Below are positions 13,247-25,905 of a stretch of DNA of 64,000 nt, in pieces. Positions within the stretch are counted from its first letter, which is position 1, and every line of letters starts with the position of its first letter. Made by a program: the position numbers and the translations under genes. The stretch comes from Mobula hypostoma. Lineage: Eukaryota. The notes beneath the pieces are model-generated. The model was not told the origin of the DNA, searched no databases, and saw nothing but the letters and a program-made list of their open reading frames with translations. The stretch lies in NCBI RefSeq assembly GCF_963921235.1, contig NC_086108.1, positions 103,666,001 through 103,730,000 of the forward strand. Direction: 5' to 3'.

Positions 13247-13801
13247 CACTCAGTGTGCACTTTATCAGGTACAGGAGGTACCTAATAAAGTGACCATTGA
13301 GTATATATTTGTGGTCTTCTGCTGCTGTAGCCCATCCACTTCAAGGTTTGACATGTTGTACATTCAGAGATGCTCCTCCGTACACTACTGTTCTAACTCA
13401 TTATTATTTAAGTTACTGTCGCCTTCCCATCAGTTTGAACCAGTCTGGCCATTGCCCTCTAACCTCTCTCATTAACAAGGCATTTTCGCCTGCAGAACTG
13501 CCACTCACTGGATTTTTTTCTGTCTTATGCACCATTCTCTATAATTGTGCATGAAAATCCCCAGAAAATCAGCAGTTTCTGAGATACTCAAACCACCCTG
13601 TCCGGCACCAACTCATTCCACAATCAAAGTCAGTTAGATCACATTTCTTTCTCATTCTGATGTTTGGTCTGAACAACAACTGAACTCTTGACCATGTCTG
13701 CATGCTTCCATGCATTGAGTTGCTGCCACATGATTGTCTGATTAGAAAACTGCATTAGCAAGCAGCTGTAAAGGTGCCCCTAATAAAGTGGCCACTCAGT
13801 G
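13247..13801 (-). mobile_element. Non-autonomous Tc1-like element
   Basis: TA-flanked TIRs CACTCAGTG.CACTTTAT.AGG / CCTAATAAAGTGGCCACTCAGTG. Homologous to 19136-19707. Confidence 0.88.
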
Positions 13802-16213
13802 TAGGAACTGAATTGAAAAAAAGACTAGGATCTATTTGCCATATTTTCTCCCACCCTGTCGACTGTAAGAAACAACATAAATACTGGAAACACAAGGGAC
13901 AGCAGAAGCAGGAATCTGGAGCAACTATCTGCTGGAGGAACTCAGCAGGTCAGGTAAAACTGATACAGGGTTTTGACCCCAAATGTCAAAAATTCCTTCT
14001 CCCCTGCGTACAAGATGCAACTTCGCCCACTGAATTCCTGCAGTAAATAGTCTGTTGTACAACTATTGATTGCTGCAGTTCCACAATCCAATAATTAATC
14101 AATCACAGATCCAGATGTCAGCAGAGAAAATCCCAGCAATGAAGAGTGTAGGGAACCAAAGATTTTAATATATTCATTTTTTCAGGCCCTTGGCGTCAGT
14201 AGCAGTTTTCTTATCAAAGGCATATGTTATGAAATTTGTTTTTATGGCAGCAGAACAGTGTAGACATGAAAATGACTATAAATTACAGAAGTGCAAAATA
14301 GATGAAAACAACAGCAATGTGCATGAAATCTGATGGCAAAGGCTAAGGCGCTGTTTCTAAGTCACAAAGTGTGGGTCTTCAGGCTGTTGTACCTCCTCTC
14401 CTGTGGTAGTAACTAGAAGAGGGCATGTTGCAGATGGTGAGGGTCTTTAATGACAGATGCTGCCTTTTGAAGGTGTTCTCAATGGTGGGGTGCACATGGT
14501 GGAGCTGGCTGAGTCTACAAACTTCTGTAGCCTCCAATCCAGTTGGAGCTCCCATACCAGGCTGTGATGCAACCAGTCGGAAATCTCTCAAATTTCTATA
14601 CAGGTATAGAAGTTTGCAATTCTTTGATGACAAACTAAATCTCCTCTAAATCCTAAGTACAGCCTTCTTTGTAATTCACAAGGTAAGCATTTTCACTTCT
14701 TATTTGCACTCGAGAACGTGTGGTGAGTCACTGCCCGAACTAGCTGTAATATCTCTGGTGAAAGTCTTTGCATAATGTCCTGGGCAGGAAGTTCGAGCAT
14801 CATTTGTTAATTTTACAGAAATTGGCATTGCTGACACCACCTCTGCTGTCTGATGTGGTTGGGAGCTTTCCTTTTGATCTGCTGTGGCTCACATGATGAG
14901 GGTATCCCACTAGGTCCCCACTAGCTTCCCTAGAATTGTGGACATCTTCAAAAAATGATGCCTCAAAAAGGTGACATCTATCATTAAGGATCCCCGTCAC
15001 CCAGGATATGCCCTCTTCTTATTGCTACCATCAAGGAGGTGGTACAGGAACCTGAAGACACATCCTCAACATTTTTGGAACAGCTTCTTCCCCACCACCA
15101 GTAGATTTCTGAATGGACAATAATCCATGTACAGTACCTCACTATTTTTTTTGCCCTTTGCTCTTTTTTTTGCTCTTAGAAGATACTGTAAAGATGTGGA
15201 AGGAGAACTTTTGGCCTCAACACTAAGTGGTGTGTCTGGTGTAAATCTAATACTACACTTCAGCTAAATAATACCATCCCTACTAGAAAGTATGGTGGAA
15301 GTAGCATCATGCCAGACATACCACAGAAAGGTTTTACCATCAGGAGGTGCTGTCAGTTATTATAGAGTACACAGCTATTGACCAGCACTTGCAATAACAG
15401 TATATGAGTAGTTCAGTTAAACCTCCGATCAAACTGGGACACTGGAGAGTGTTTCAGTGATGGTGGTATCAAGGTAAGGTGGTCCTTTTGTTTGAGGTAA
15501 TCGCTTCTTGGCACTTTTGTGGTTTGAGTTACTCATCACTGTCAGGAAGAAGCAATTCTCAGACACCTTGAGATTGAAGTTCCATCTGAATGAACCATTT
15601 TGGCCTTCTGAAATCCAGTTTTCAGTGGGCTCTACGTGTAGTAAAATGGCAACTGCCAAACTGCACAGGAATCAGTAAAGGCTCTGGGACTAGACAATCT
15701 CGTGGTTCAGTACTGAAGACCAAAGCTCCTCCGGCATTTTGCATTTGTATGCAGATGTGAACTGCTTCACTTTGTGAGGAGTTTTAAGTGGAAATAATGT
15801 GCACTCAGAGAACACCACTCTCCATTTCCAACATCAAGACAGAAGGAAAGTAATTACTGATGCAGCTGAAAGTGGCTGGACTAGGATAGTGCCCCAAGGA
15901 ATTTCTGCAGTGATCCTTGAAATGGGATGAATAAACTCCATTAATCACACTCATCTTTCTTTGTGTAGGTTAGGAGTCCAATTATTAACCCAAGAAGTTT
16001 TCAAACCCATCCCTCGTTTACTAATCCATTCGTATGACGGACATCCAATACAGAGATTGATTCCGGCGCCAAAGTACTTTGCCCAGATGCCAGGATTGAT
16101 AAGATTAATGAAACTTTTATTAAAAAGCCAATTATTGATGTCATTGAAATCAAAACTTGTATTCTTAAAAGTCATACAAAAATAGATATCTTATTGATAA
16201 TAACCTCCAAGTT

Positions 16214-16425
16214 AGCATAGCGATGAGCGTAATACCATTACTGCTCATAGCGTCTGAGTTGGGAGTTCAATTCCAGCGTCGTCTACAGGGAATTTGTACA
16301 TTCTTCCCAAGACTGTGTAGGTTTCCTTCAGGTGCTCTGGTTTCTTCCCAAAGTCCAAAGATGCACTGGTAGTAGATTAATCAGTCATTGTAAATTGTTC
16401 TGTGATTAGGCTAAGGTTAAATAAA
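16214..16425 (+). mobile_element. V-SINE (HE1-like); other copies at ~12740-12920, 17700-18005, 19730-20025, 22490-22690, 34220-34470, 42075-42320, 47640-47790, 48318-48820, 51870-52050, 57650-57840
   Basis: tRNA-like head (GAGTTCAATTCC) and V-domain GGTTTCCT(C/T)C(G/A)GGTGCTC(C/T)GGTTTC(C/T)TCCCA. Confidence 0.85.
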
Positions 16426-19135
16426 TGTCTGTTCTGCCAAGTTCCTTCAGCATTTTGTATTTGTTGCTGGGGCAATTTTCCACTTTGTTGGATGAATGCC
16501 AGTGTCATAACTATAAAAACAACTTGCAATAGAGCTCGGGTCTTCAATACTGAACTAGGATGTTGCCCGTTCCCAAAATCTTTGCTGATTCCTGTGCAGT
16601 TTGCCATTTTGCTCCACATGGTGTCAACTGAAAACGGGCACATGTGATGGCAGGATTGCAGAAGGCTAACATAGGTCATTCAGATAGAACTTCAGTCTCA
16701 ATGTGTCTGCAAATTGCTTCTTCCTAATCTTTACATTGACATGTTCTGCGACTGTTGAGGATGAAGATATTTTTCAGATTTCCTCCGTCCTTAAATGGCT
16801 AATTGTTCTAGACTTGGAATGACTTCAATCTGATCAGTTAGTTGAGAGATCTGTCTATTTATTGTAAGTTGATTTTCCAGTTTAGCATTTATGTGGTCCT
16901 GCAAACTAACTTCATCAAGTGGCACTTTTTTGACAAACCGTCTGATGTTCTCCCGTCACATCGTTCAGGGTCGATCCCTTGACTTGACAGTAATGGTGGA
17001 ATGAGAGATACCACAAAACATGAAAATGACAGACAGCAAGTCCTAAAGTTAGAATACGTATTTCGTCCTTAAGTTCAGTGTACCAGAGGGGTCCTCACCA
17101 CAATCTAGCTCTCCCCTCTCCCATTTAAATTTCACTGTTGTGCTTGGTAATTTTGAGAGCAAATACCACCAGTCTGCTAAATTATCACTACAGCACCACA
17201 ATCAAAATTACTTAAATACTCTACCTTAAAATCCAGAAAGCTGAGTTACTGCGATTCGCCAGGAGCTATAGCTTTAGGTCCCACTCCACCAGGTTGAGAA
17301 AGTTATTACCCTACAGCCATCAGGCTCCTGAACCAATGTGGATAACTTCACTCCCCTCAATGCTAAGCTGACTTCATAACCTATTGACTCAATTTGAAGA
17401 ACTCTACAACACTTACTTTATTATTTGTATGATCTGTCTTCTTTTGCACACTGGTTGTTTGTCAGTCTTCCTTTATGCATAGATTTTCAGAAATTCTATT
17501 GTATTAATTTTCCTGTAAATGCCTGCAAGAAATTGAATCTCAGAAATAGTGCATATGTGTACTTTGATAATAAATTTCCTTTGACTTGAATTCTATTCTG
17601 GTACTGTCCTCTTCTGGTCAACATCACCCCAACCCCTTATACTTGCCATCTGCTCCCCCAGTCGGTTTATATCTATTGCCAACTGAAATACTGGCATATC
17701 AGCATGGCAGCTAGCAGTTAGTGAAATCACTTTACAGATCACTGATTGGGTTTGATTCCCACCAGTATAAGGAGTTTGTATTTTCTCTCCATGAACAACT
17801 GGATTTCCTCGGGGGGGGGGGGAGGGTGCTCAATTTTCGTCCCACGTTCCAAAGATGTACAGTTAGGGCTAGTGAGTTGGGGACATGTTGTGTTGATGTT
17901 GGAAGCATGGCAACATTTGCAGCCTGCCCTCCCCCAGCACATTACAAACAATGACAAACGACGCATTCCTCTGTATGTTTTGATGTACGTGTTACAAATA
18001 AAGCTATTTTTAATCTCTTTATATTTGTATAGCTTTTAATGTACCGCCATCTATTCCTTCAATTCTGTTACTGTCCTCTTCTGGTCAACATCACCCCAAC
18101 CCCTCATGAATTCTAAACACTTCATTAACAATTCAGGCTTCTCTTTACCAGGGAGAATATTCTACATTCAAATTCAATCGTTTTGTTCCCTATCCAAAAG
18201 AACTTTCACAAGAAGTGAATGCAACGGAACCAAAGTATTGGGAGAGAGACTGCTTAAGCCAAGTTACTCAGGGACTCAAGGGCACACATTGCAGCAGAGA
18301 TGCAATGGGTGGATAGTTGGGTGTGAAGAGACTAAAGAATGAGGTTGGCGGGGTGGGAGGGCACTTTGAATGCTGCGTGAGAAGGGAATAGAAGGATCAG
18401 CTCACTTGACTCCACGACTCAATAAATTCCTGCCTGAGCTATTCTTACCCTCAACGCTACTTTCTCACTCTCTCTGCATCCCCTGTAACTGCCTTGCAGT
18501 TCAAATATCTGTCAGTCTCTGCCTTGAATACGCTTGATGACTCACCCCACCAGTTCCTTCAAAAGGTGATGCCTCAAAAATGTTGCATCTGTCACCCAAT
18601 GCCCTCTTCTCATTGCTACCATCAGGGAGGAGGGTACAAGAGCCCGAAGACACACACTTAAAGTATTAGGAATAGCTTCTTCCCCTCAGCCATCAGATTT
18701 CTGAATGGAAAATGAACCCATGAACACTACCTCACCTCTTTTTCCCCCTACTTATTTAATTGTATATATGTACTTAGTATTGTAATTTATTGTATATATT
18801 TATTATGTATTGCAATGTACTGCTGCCACAAAATAACAAATTTCATGACATATGCCAGTGATACTAAACCTGATTCTATTCTCTGGAGAACTTCAAGGAT
18901 CCACAACCTTCAGAGAATTTTTTTTTTTTTTTTACTCTTCTCTGCTTGAAATGCACAACCGCTATTGCAAAACCATGATCCCTTGTTCTGGATACACTGA
19001 TAAGCGGTAAAACATCTTATCAGCAACAACCCAGTTAATCCTCTACAGAATCTTGTGTTTCAATAAGAATTAGAATTGGACATCAGCTGTAGTTCTTTAT
19101 AATTCCAATAAGAAAGGTTCTTACATGTTTATGTA

Positions 19136-19707
19136 CATTCAGTGGCCACTTTATTCGGTATCTCCTGTACTTAATAAAGTGGTCACTGACTGCGTGTTCG
19201 TGGCCTTCAGCTGCTGTAACTCATCCACTTCAAGGTACAATAATGTTGTGTGTTTGGAGATGCTCTTCTGCACAAGACTGTTGGAACACCTGGTTATTTG
19301 AGTTACTGTCATCTTCCTGTTAACTTGAACCCAGTCTGGTCATTCACTGTTGATCTCTCTCAATAGCAAGGCACTCTCACCCAAAGAACCGCTGCACACT
19401 GGATTTTATTTTGTTTTTCATACTATTCTACGTAAACCCAAGAGACTGTTGTATGTGCAAATCCCAAGAGATTAGCAGTTTCTGAGATACTCAAACCACC
19501 CCATCTGACACCAACAATCATCTTACTGTCAAAGTCACATAGATCACCTTTCTTCCCCATTCTGATGTCTGTTCTGAATAACAACTGAACCTCTTGGCCA
19601 TGTCTGCATGCTTTTATGCACTGAGTTGCTGACACATGATTGGCTGGTTAGATATTTGCATTAACAGGCAAGTATACAAGTGTACCTGACAAAATAGCCA
19701 CTGAGTG
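19136..19707 (-). mobile_element. Non-autonomous Tc1-like element with transposase N-terminal HTH remnant
   Basis: Same TIRs as 13247-13801. Encodes MGKKGDLCDFDSKMIVGVRWGGLSISETANLLGFAHTTVS. Confidence 0.88.
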
Positions 19708-21159
19708 TGTACATCAAAACATGGCAGGGAAGCATAGGGGTGACCATAACACTATTATTGAGGCAGTGATTGGGTCCATTTCCTGCCTCTGTACCGAGTG
19801 AGTTTGTACGTTTTCCTTATGACCACCGGGTGCTCCGGTTTTGTCTCACATTCCAAAGATAAACAGGTTAGGATTAGTGAGTTGTGGCCTTGCTACACTG
19901 GCGCTGGAAAAGTGATGACACTCATGAGCTGCCCCCAGCACATATTCAGACTGTGCTGGTCAATGATGCAAAAACAGCCTATTTCACTGCCTCTATGTTT
20001 TGATGTACATGTGACAAATAAAGGTAATTTTTTCATCTTAACGAGAAAACCTTCTTGAGTTTCCCAATGTATACAAATCCTTTCTTACAAAGCTATACAT
20101 CGGGCTACATCAGATACAGTTGCATCAGCACCCTGCAAAGTTGCACCAAAATCTCCTCACGTGGACTCCAGCCACCCGCCCATAGACTGTCTATATTTCT
20201 CACTGCATCAGTTTAGCAGCCAGCATAACCAAAGACCCCACCCAATTTCCTCCCACCAGGCGGAAGATGCAAAAGCCTGAAAGCATGGCCAAGCTCAAAA
20301 GCAGCTTCTATCGCTGTTATAAGACCGTTGAATGATCCTCTAGTACAATGGATGGAACCTTGACCTCACAATCTACCTCATTATGATCTTGCACCCTATT
20401 GTCTCCCTGCACTGAACTTTCTCTTTAGCTATCAATTCATTCTGTACTCTGTTATCATTCTACCTCAATGCATGGTGAAATGATTTGATCTGAATGAACA
20501 TTATGCCAGACCTCAGCACATGACAATAATAAACCAATTCAATTTAACTTCCATACCTCTTTATAATAAAGACTAATACTCTATTTGTCTAATTGCTTGC
20601 TAACATTGTGTCACATCCTCAGCTCCTATTTACATTGCAACATCAGTTTAAAGTATTTGCTTTCTTACTCTTCCTTCCAAGACCGATAACCTCATTTTAC
20701 ACATGATACACCTTTTAACCTCTCATCCACTCGCATAACCTATCTACAAGCGCTCTGCAAGTCCTTGTGACAGCCACCAATAATTATAGGCACAGTACAC
20801 ACGGATCATAAATAGTTGAGAACACAGCACCAGTCCCTTAGTGCCTCGCTGATTACTGCATGCTAAACTAGAAATTCTGCCCTTTTTGTGTGAGTTAGCC
20901 AATTCCTTCTCCATGGCACCACATTACCTCCAGTCCGTCAGTAAATGATGAGGGTAGATAGTGAGGTATGGAATAGGAACATAAATAGCAATCCATTTAA
21001 TCCGTCAAGGGTGCTCCATAAAAGATAACGACTAGATTCAGACCTTGAAATCATTTTCCAACACTCGATTGTCACAAATCTATTGATCTGTTTTGAATGC
21101 AATCAAAGGCTGAGCGTTCACGCCCCTCTGGGGAGCACAATTCCTGAGGGAGAAGGGAT

Positions 21160-22135
21160 AGCGAGAGATCGGAAGTGATGGGGAGAGTATGCGGCCGAGA
21201 AGGAATGGGCAGGGGAGTTGATTCCGGCTAAAGAAGACGGCTCATTTAGGCGGCATGGTGGGTCTCGGAGTTAACGGACCGGCTCTCCTCCGCAGAAGCT
21301 GCCACTCCCGGGAACCGGCCTGGCAAGGCGTTCCTTCCCTGCGGCCTAACCATAACCAGTGGTCCCCGCACTCGCCTCCAGGTAGTCCCCACCACCACCC
21401 TTCCCCAGCCGGGGGACCCATCCAGGCTCGTAGACCGGGAGCCCCACTCCCAGTCCCCCCGACTCCCTCCCACCTCAAACCGGCTGGCACTCACCCAATC
21501 CCCTCTCGTCGACCTGTCGCTGCTGGCTCTCCGCAATCCAGTTAGGACAGCTGCCCTCCTCCGGCCGCGGCAGCCAATCACAGGTCTGCCCGCCTCCGGC
21601 TGCAGCTGCCAATCACAGCTCCACCCGCCTCCGGCCGCGGCTGCCAATCAAAGCTCATCCCGCCTCCGGTCACGGATGCCAATCACACCTATCCCTCCTC
21701 AGTGTGCCTGTCAATCACACAGCCCCTGGCCTACGAACCCTTCAGCCAATCACACATCTCCCCGCCTCCAAATCGCCCGGTGCCGACTGAGAGAGTCACA
21801 CTTCGCCAATGACGTTTCACTGCGACGCCTGCTACGACTGCCAATCGTTTATCACCCCTCCCACAGAGCCCCTGTCATTTACAAACCTTCTTTCCAAATT
21901 ATAGCATCTCCCCTCCTCCTACGCGACTGCCAGTCAAAGAATTCCAACACTTTCAGCCGCACAGTCACCCCGGCCCAGCTACTCCTGCCAATCACAACGC
22001 AGAGAACAACGGGCATCAGCTGGTCATTGAGGCCCGCCCTGCCTACCTGCCAATCATAATCGGCGCGGAGATTCCGCCCCTAACCGCTCCATCCATTGGG
22101 CCTCACTACACCAGATCCACCAATCATCGGCTTCA
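21160..22135. promoter_or_regulatory. CpG-island promoter of USP33 with many CCAAT and GC boxes
   Basis: High GC and CpG density. CCAAT at 21574, 21609, 21644, 21679, 21746, 21806, 21841, 21988, 22050 and 22120. Repeated CCCGCC boxes. Confidence 0.8.
21495..21560 (-). other. USP33: Probable non-coding first exon of USP33 (5' boundary approximate)
   Basis: Strong donor GG|GTGAGT (21494-21489) inside the only large GC/CpG-rich non-repeat region upstream of the USP33 ATG exon. Confidence 0.6.
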
Positions 22136-22836
22136 TTCTCAGTCAAGCTTGTAGCTGATAGGTGAAACCACATGAATGAGAGATGATGGGCAGATGGAAC
22201 CAGGAGCGGGTTGGAGAAGGGAGGTGAACCAAGGGAGAAGGCTCCTTGCTGGATCGTGGATGGGGTTCAGTGGGGCGGGCGGTGATGGGTAGGTGGTACT
22301 AGGCGAGGGAGGCTGATGACTCCAGGGCTGACAGGAAGGGATGGAAAAGTTGAAGAGACCCAAGGTGAACTGAAGGGAAGATTTTAAGTTGGCAATGGAG
22401 AATGCTGATTCCAGACAGGTTGGCATGGGAATGCCAAAAGGCGTTGAAATGGTATTTATTCATATATTCACATACAGTGAGAAGTAGGCCCTTGGCACCA
22501 TGCCACCCAGTTTAATCCTAGCCTTGTCACAGGACAATTTACAAAGACCAATTAACCTACCAGATGGTACATCTTTGGACCAATATGATAACGGGGAGAA
22601 AGTACAAACTCCTTCGAGGCAGCAGTGGGAATTGAACCCCGGTCACCTGTACTGTAAAGTGTTGTGCTAACCATTACACTACTGTGCTGCCCAGAATGCA
22701 ACTTGGATGTTGGGTTGGCCACTGTGGAAGGAGTGCAAATACGCCTCAGAATGGTTGTCCACTCCATGTTTGGTTTCTTTACTGTAGAGGAAGCCAATGG
22801 GGAGCATCAACGACATAGACCAAATTGGAGGAGGTA

Positions 22837-23695
22837 CAGTGCCATGCAAAAGTTTGGGCACTTCAGTCAAAATTTCTGTTACTGTGAATAGCTAAGTGAG
22901 TAAAAGATGAACTGATTTTCAAAAGGCATAAAGTTAAAGATGACACATTTCTTTAATATTTTAAGCAAGAAAACTTTTTTTAATTTCCATCTTTTACAGT
23001 TTCAAAATAACAAAAAAGGAAAAGGGCCTGAAGCAAAAGTTTGGGCTCCCTGCATGGTCAGTACTTAGTAACACCCCCTTTGGCAAGTATCACAGCTTGT
23101 AAACGCTTTCTGTAGCCAGCTAAGAGTCTTTCAATTCTTGTTTGGGGGATTTTCGCACATTCTTCCTCGCAAAAGGCTTCCAGTTCTGTGAGATTCTTGG
23201 GCTGTCTTGCATGCACTGCTCTTTTGAGGTCTATCCACAGATTCTCGATGATGTTTAGGTCAGGAGACTGTGAGGTCCATGGCAAGACCTTCAGCTTGCA
23301 CCTCTTGAAGTAGTCCATTAGGATTTTGAGGTGTGTTTGGGTTCATTATCCTGTTGTAGAAGCCATCCTCTTTTCATCTTTGGCTTTTTTACAGATGGTG
23401 TGATGTTTGCTTCCAGAATTTGCTGGTATTTAATTGAATTCATTCTTCCCTCTACGAGTAAATGTTCCCCGTGTCACTGGCTGCAACACAAGCCCAAAGT
23501 ATGATCGACCCACCCCCGTGCTTTGGAGAGGGGTTCTTTTCATGAAATTCTGCACCCTTTTTTCTCCAACCATACCTTTGCTTATTGCGGCCAAAAAGTT
23601 CTATTCAAAAGGTTCAAAGGAACATCTAAACAAGCCTGATGCATTTTGGAAACAGGTCCTGTGGACTGATGAAGTTAAAGTAGAACTTTTTGGCC
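22837..23695 (-). mobile_element. Truncated IR/DR-type Tc1 transposon (defective DD34E transposase)
   Basis: TA|CAGTG end with internal direct repeat GCAAAAGTTTGGGC (~22847, ~23033). Motifs WTSQSPDLNIIENLW..KGGVTKY, KHGGGSI and VLWTDE. Confidence 0.93.
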
Positions 23696-24049
23696 ACCCC
23701 GCCCCCCACCAAACACCTTACCAAATACTTTGCCTCATAATTCCCTGGATCAAATTCCTATTTGTCACCTTTCTACTCAGATAATCAGACCTTCTACATC
23801 CTGCTGCGGTCTCAGTCTTCCCTCCTCACCATCAATCTAACGGCTGATTTTTGCACTTTATGTAAATCTCTCTGTTGTTTGACATTTAAATTGTGATAAT
23901 CTTCCAAAATTTCCAAAAAAAAGTGTTTTTACAGTGAGGTCCACAGCTGTACAATACAAAACAGTTAATTTATATTACTTATTGGAAGTCGAGGCCCCAG
24001 CACTGCCCCCTATCATACACATCTATGATTACATCATGCCAACCAGTAA

Positions 24050-25160
24050 AAAGCCTACTCTCACCCTACTACTGTACTTGTAAAAATGCCATCTCCTTCT
24101 ATCAATTCTTCCGTCTCCACCACATCTGCTCTCAGGATGGGGATTTTCATTCTAGAACAAAGATGTCCTCCTTTTTCAAAGAAAAAGGCTTCTCTTCCTC
24201 CACCATCCACCCTAATGCTGCCCTCAACTGCATCTCTTCCATTGCACACACATCTGCTCTTTTCCCACCCTCCCGCCACCCTACCACAGATAGGGTTCCT
24301 CTTGTCTTCACCTACCACCCCACCAGCCTCCACGTCCAGCACATAATTCTCCAAAACTTCTGCCACTCCAATGGGATCCCTAACCCCCACTTCCTGCTTT
24401 CTGCAGGGATCGCTTCGTATGCAACTCCCTTGTGTATTTGTCCCTTTCCACTGATCGCCCTCCTAGCACTTACCCTCGCAAGCAGAACAAGTGCTACACC
24501 TGCCCCTATACCTCCTCCCTCACTACCATTCAGGACCCTAAACAGTCCTTCCAGGTGAGGCAACACTTCATCTGCGAGTCTGTTGGGGTCATTTACTGTG
24601 TTTGGTGCTCCTGGTGAGGCCTGTACATCGATGAGACCCACGTAGATTGGGAGACCACTTTGCCGAGCATCTACGCTCCATCCGCCAGAACAAGTGGGAT
24701 CTCCCAGTAGCCACCCATTTTAATTCCACTTCCCATTCCCATTTCGATATGTCCATCCATGGCCTCCTCTACTGTGGTGATGAGGCCACACTTTGGTTGG
24801 AGGAACAACACCTTATATTTCATTTGGGTAGCCTCCAAACTGATGGCAGGAACATCGATTTCTCAAACTTTCGGTAATGCCTCCCAACCCTCCACCTCCC
24901 CCTCTCCATTTCCTATCCCCTTTTCCCTCTCTCACCTCATCTCACCAATTAACTTCCAGCTCTTTACTTCATTCTCCAGGTTTCACCCATCACCTGATGG
25001 TTCTCCCTCCCCTCCCCCCACCTTTTAAAGCTACTCCTCGGCTTCTTCACTCCAGTCCTGCCGAAGGGTTTCGGCCCAAAATGTCGACTGTACTCTTTTC
25101 CTGGCCTGCTGAATTTTTTGTGTGTGTTGCTTGGATTTTCAGCATCCGTAGATTTTCTCT
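24050..25160 (+). mobile_element. Penelope-like retroelement, 3' part (RT C-terminus + GIY-YIG endonuclease)
   Basis: RVPLVFTYHP, VIYCVWC, GDHFAEHL..PVATHFN..EEQHLIFHLGSLQ..NIDF. Followed by the terminal repeat. Confidence 0.9.
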
Positions 25161-25767
25161 TCTTTCTGGTTTGACATCCGATCAGTTTAATCCAGTCAAA
25201 AACATTACCAACTCTACCATGATCTTTTGTCTTTTACAATAAGCTTTGAAATGGCGGCTTATCAAATGCTTTCTGAAAATCCAAATATAGCCCTCTTTGT
25301 TCACAGCAGATATAATATTTCAATTCCAATAATAGTTTCAGGTTACTGAAATACTTAGGTGGAAGAATTCAAAGAGGGTATTTTAATTAAAACTAGAGCA
25401 TACTAAATTGAAACTGTAAGATCAATCTAACTTCTATAGATCCCTCCCATTTTTCTTTCATCCATGTGCCTCTTTAAGAGTCTCTTAAATGTTCCTAATG
25501 TATCTGTTCCACCACCCTTGGCAGCGTGTTCCACACACCCATCACTCTCTGTGAACATAAGTTCCTATTCCATCCACTTCTTTCACATCTGTCTGACATG
25601 CACTCAACTTTTTAGGAACAGCTTCTTCCACTCCACCATCAGATTTCTAAATGGTCCATGAACCCCTGAGCTCTTTTCACACCGTTTATTTTTCCTTAAT
25701 ATTTATATACTGCAATTTATTAATTATTGTATTATTATTATGTTATAGCATATATTGTAATATGTGT

Positions 25768-25905
25768 GTCAGGGTGGAGATACGTCTCTACCAAAGGAGG
25801 TGTAAGGCACTCCTTCCCTCCGCTATCCAGCAGGTCTTCTCCTTGGGTAAAGTGGAGCATTATTGCCCACGTCAATATGACACGGCACATCATGATAATA
25901 ATAGT
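25768..25905 (+). mobile_element. Short SINE-like element with RTE-type 3' tail
   Basis: Ends GCCCACGTCAATATGACACGGCACATCATGATAATAAT. Inserted within a Rex-type tail. Confidence 0.5.

Noticed and set aside
15340..15660. ORF 15429-15659 as a USP33 exon
   Set aside because: No USP33 similarity. Part of it resembles an old LINE remnant.
15969..16230. Selenoprotein-like reading through TGA (..NPFV*RTSNTEIDSG..)
   Set aside because: No similarity to selenoprotein families I know and no SECIS identified.
21242..21256. Strong-Kozak mini-ORF MPPK* (minus) in the CpG island
   Set aside because: It lies downstream of the GTGAGT donor at 21494, so it is probably intronic. No good donor follows it.
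21558..21700. CRISPR-like 35-bp periodic array
   Set aside because: Whole units are similar with no unique spacers, the context is a vertebrate promoter, and there are no cas genes.
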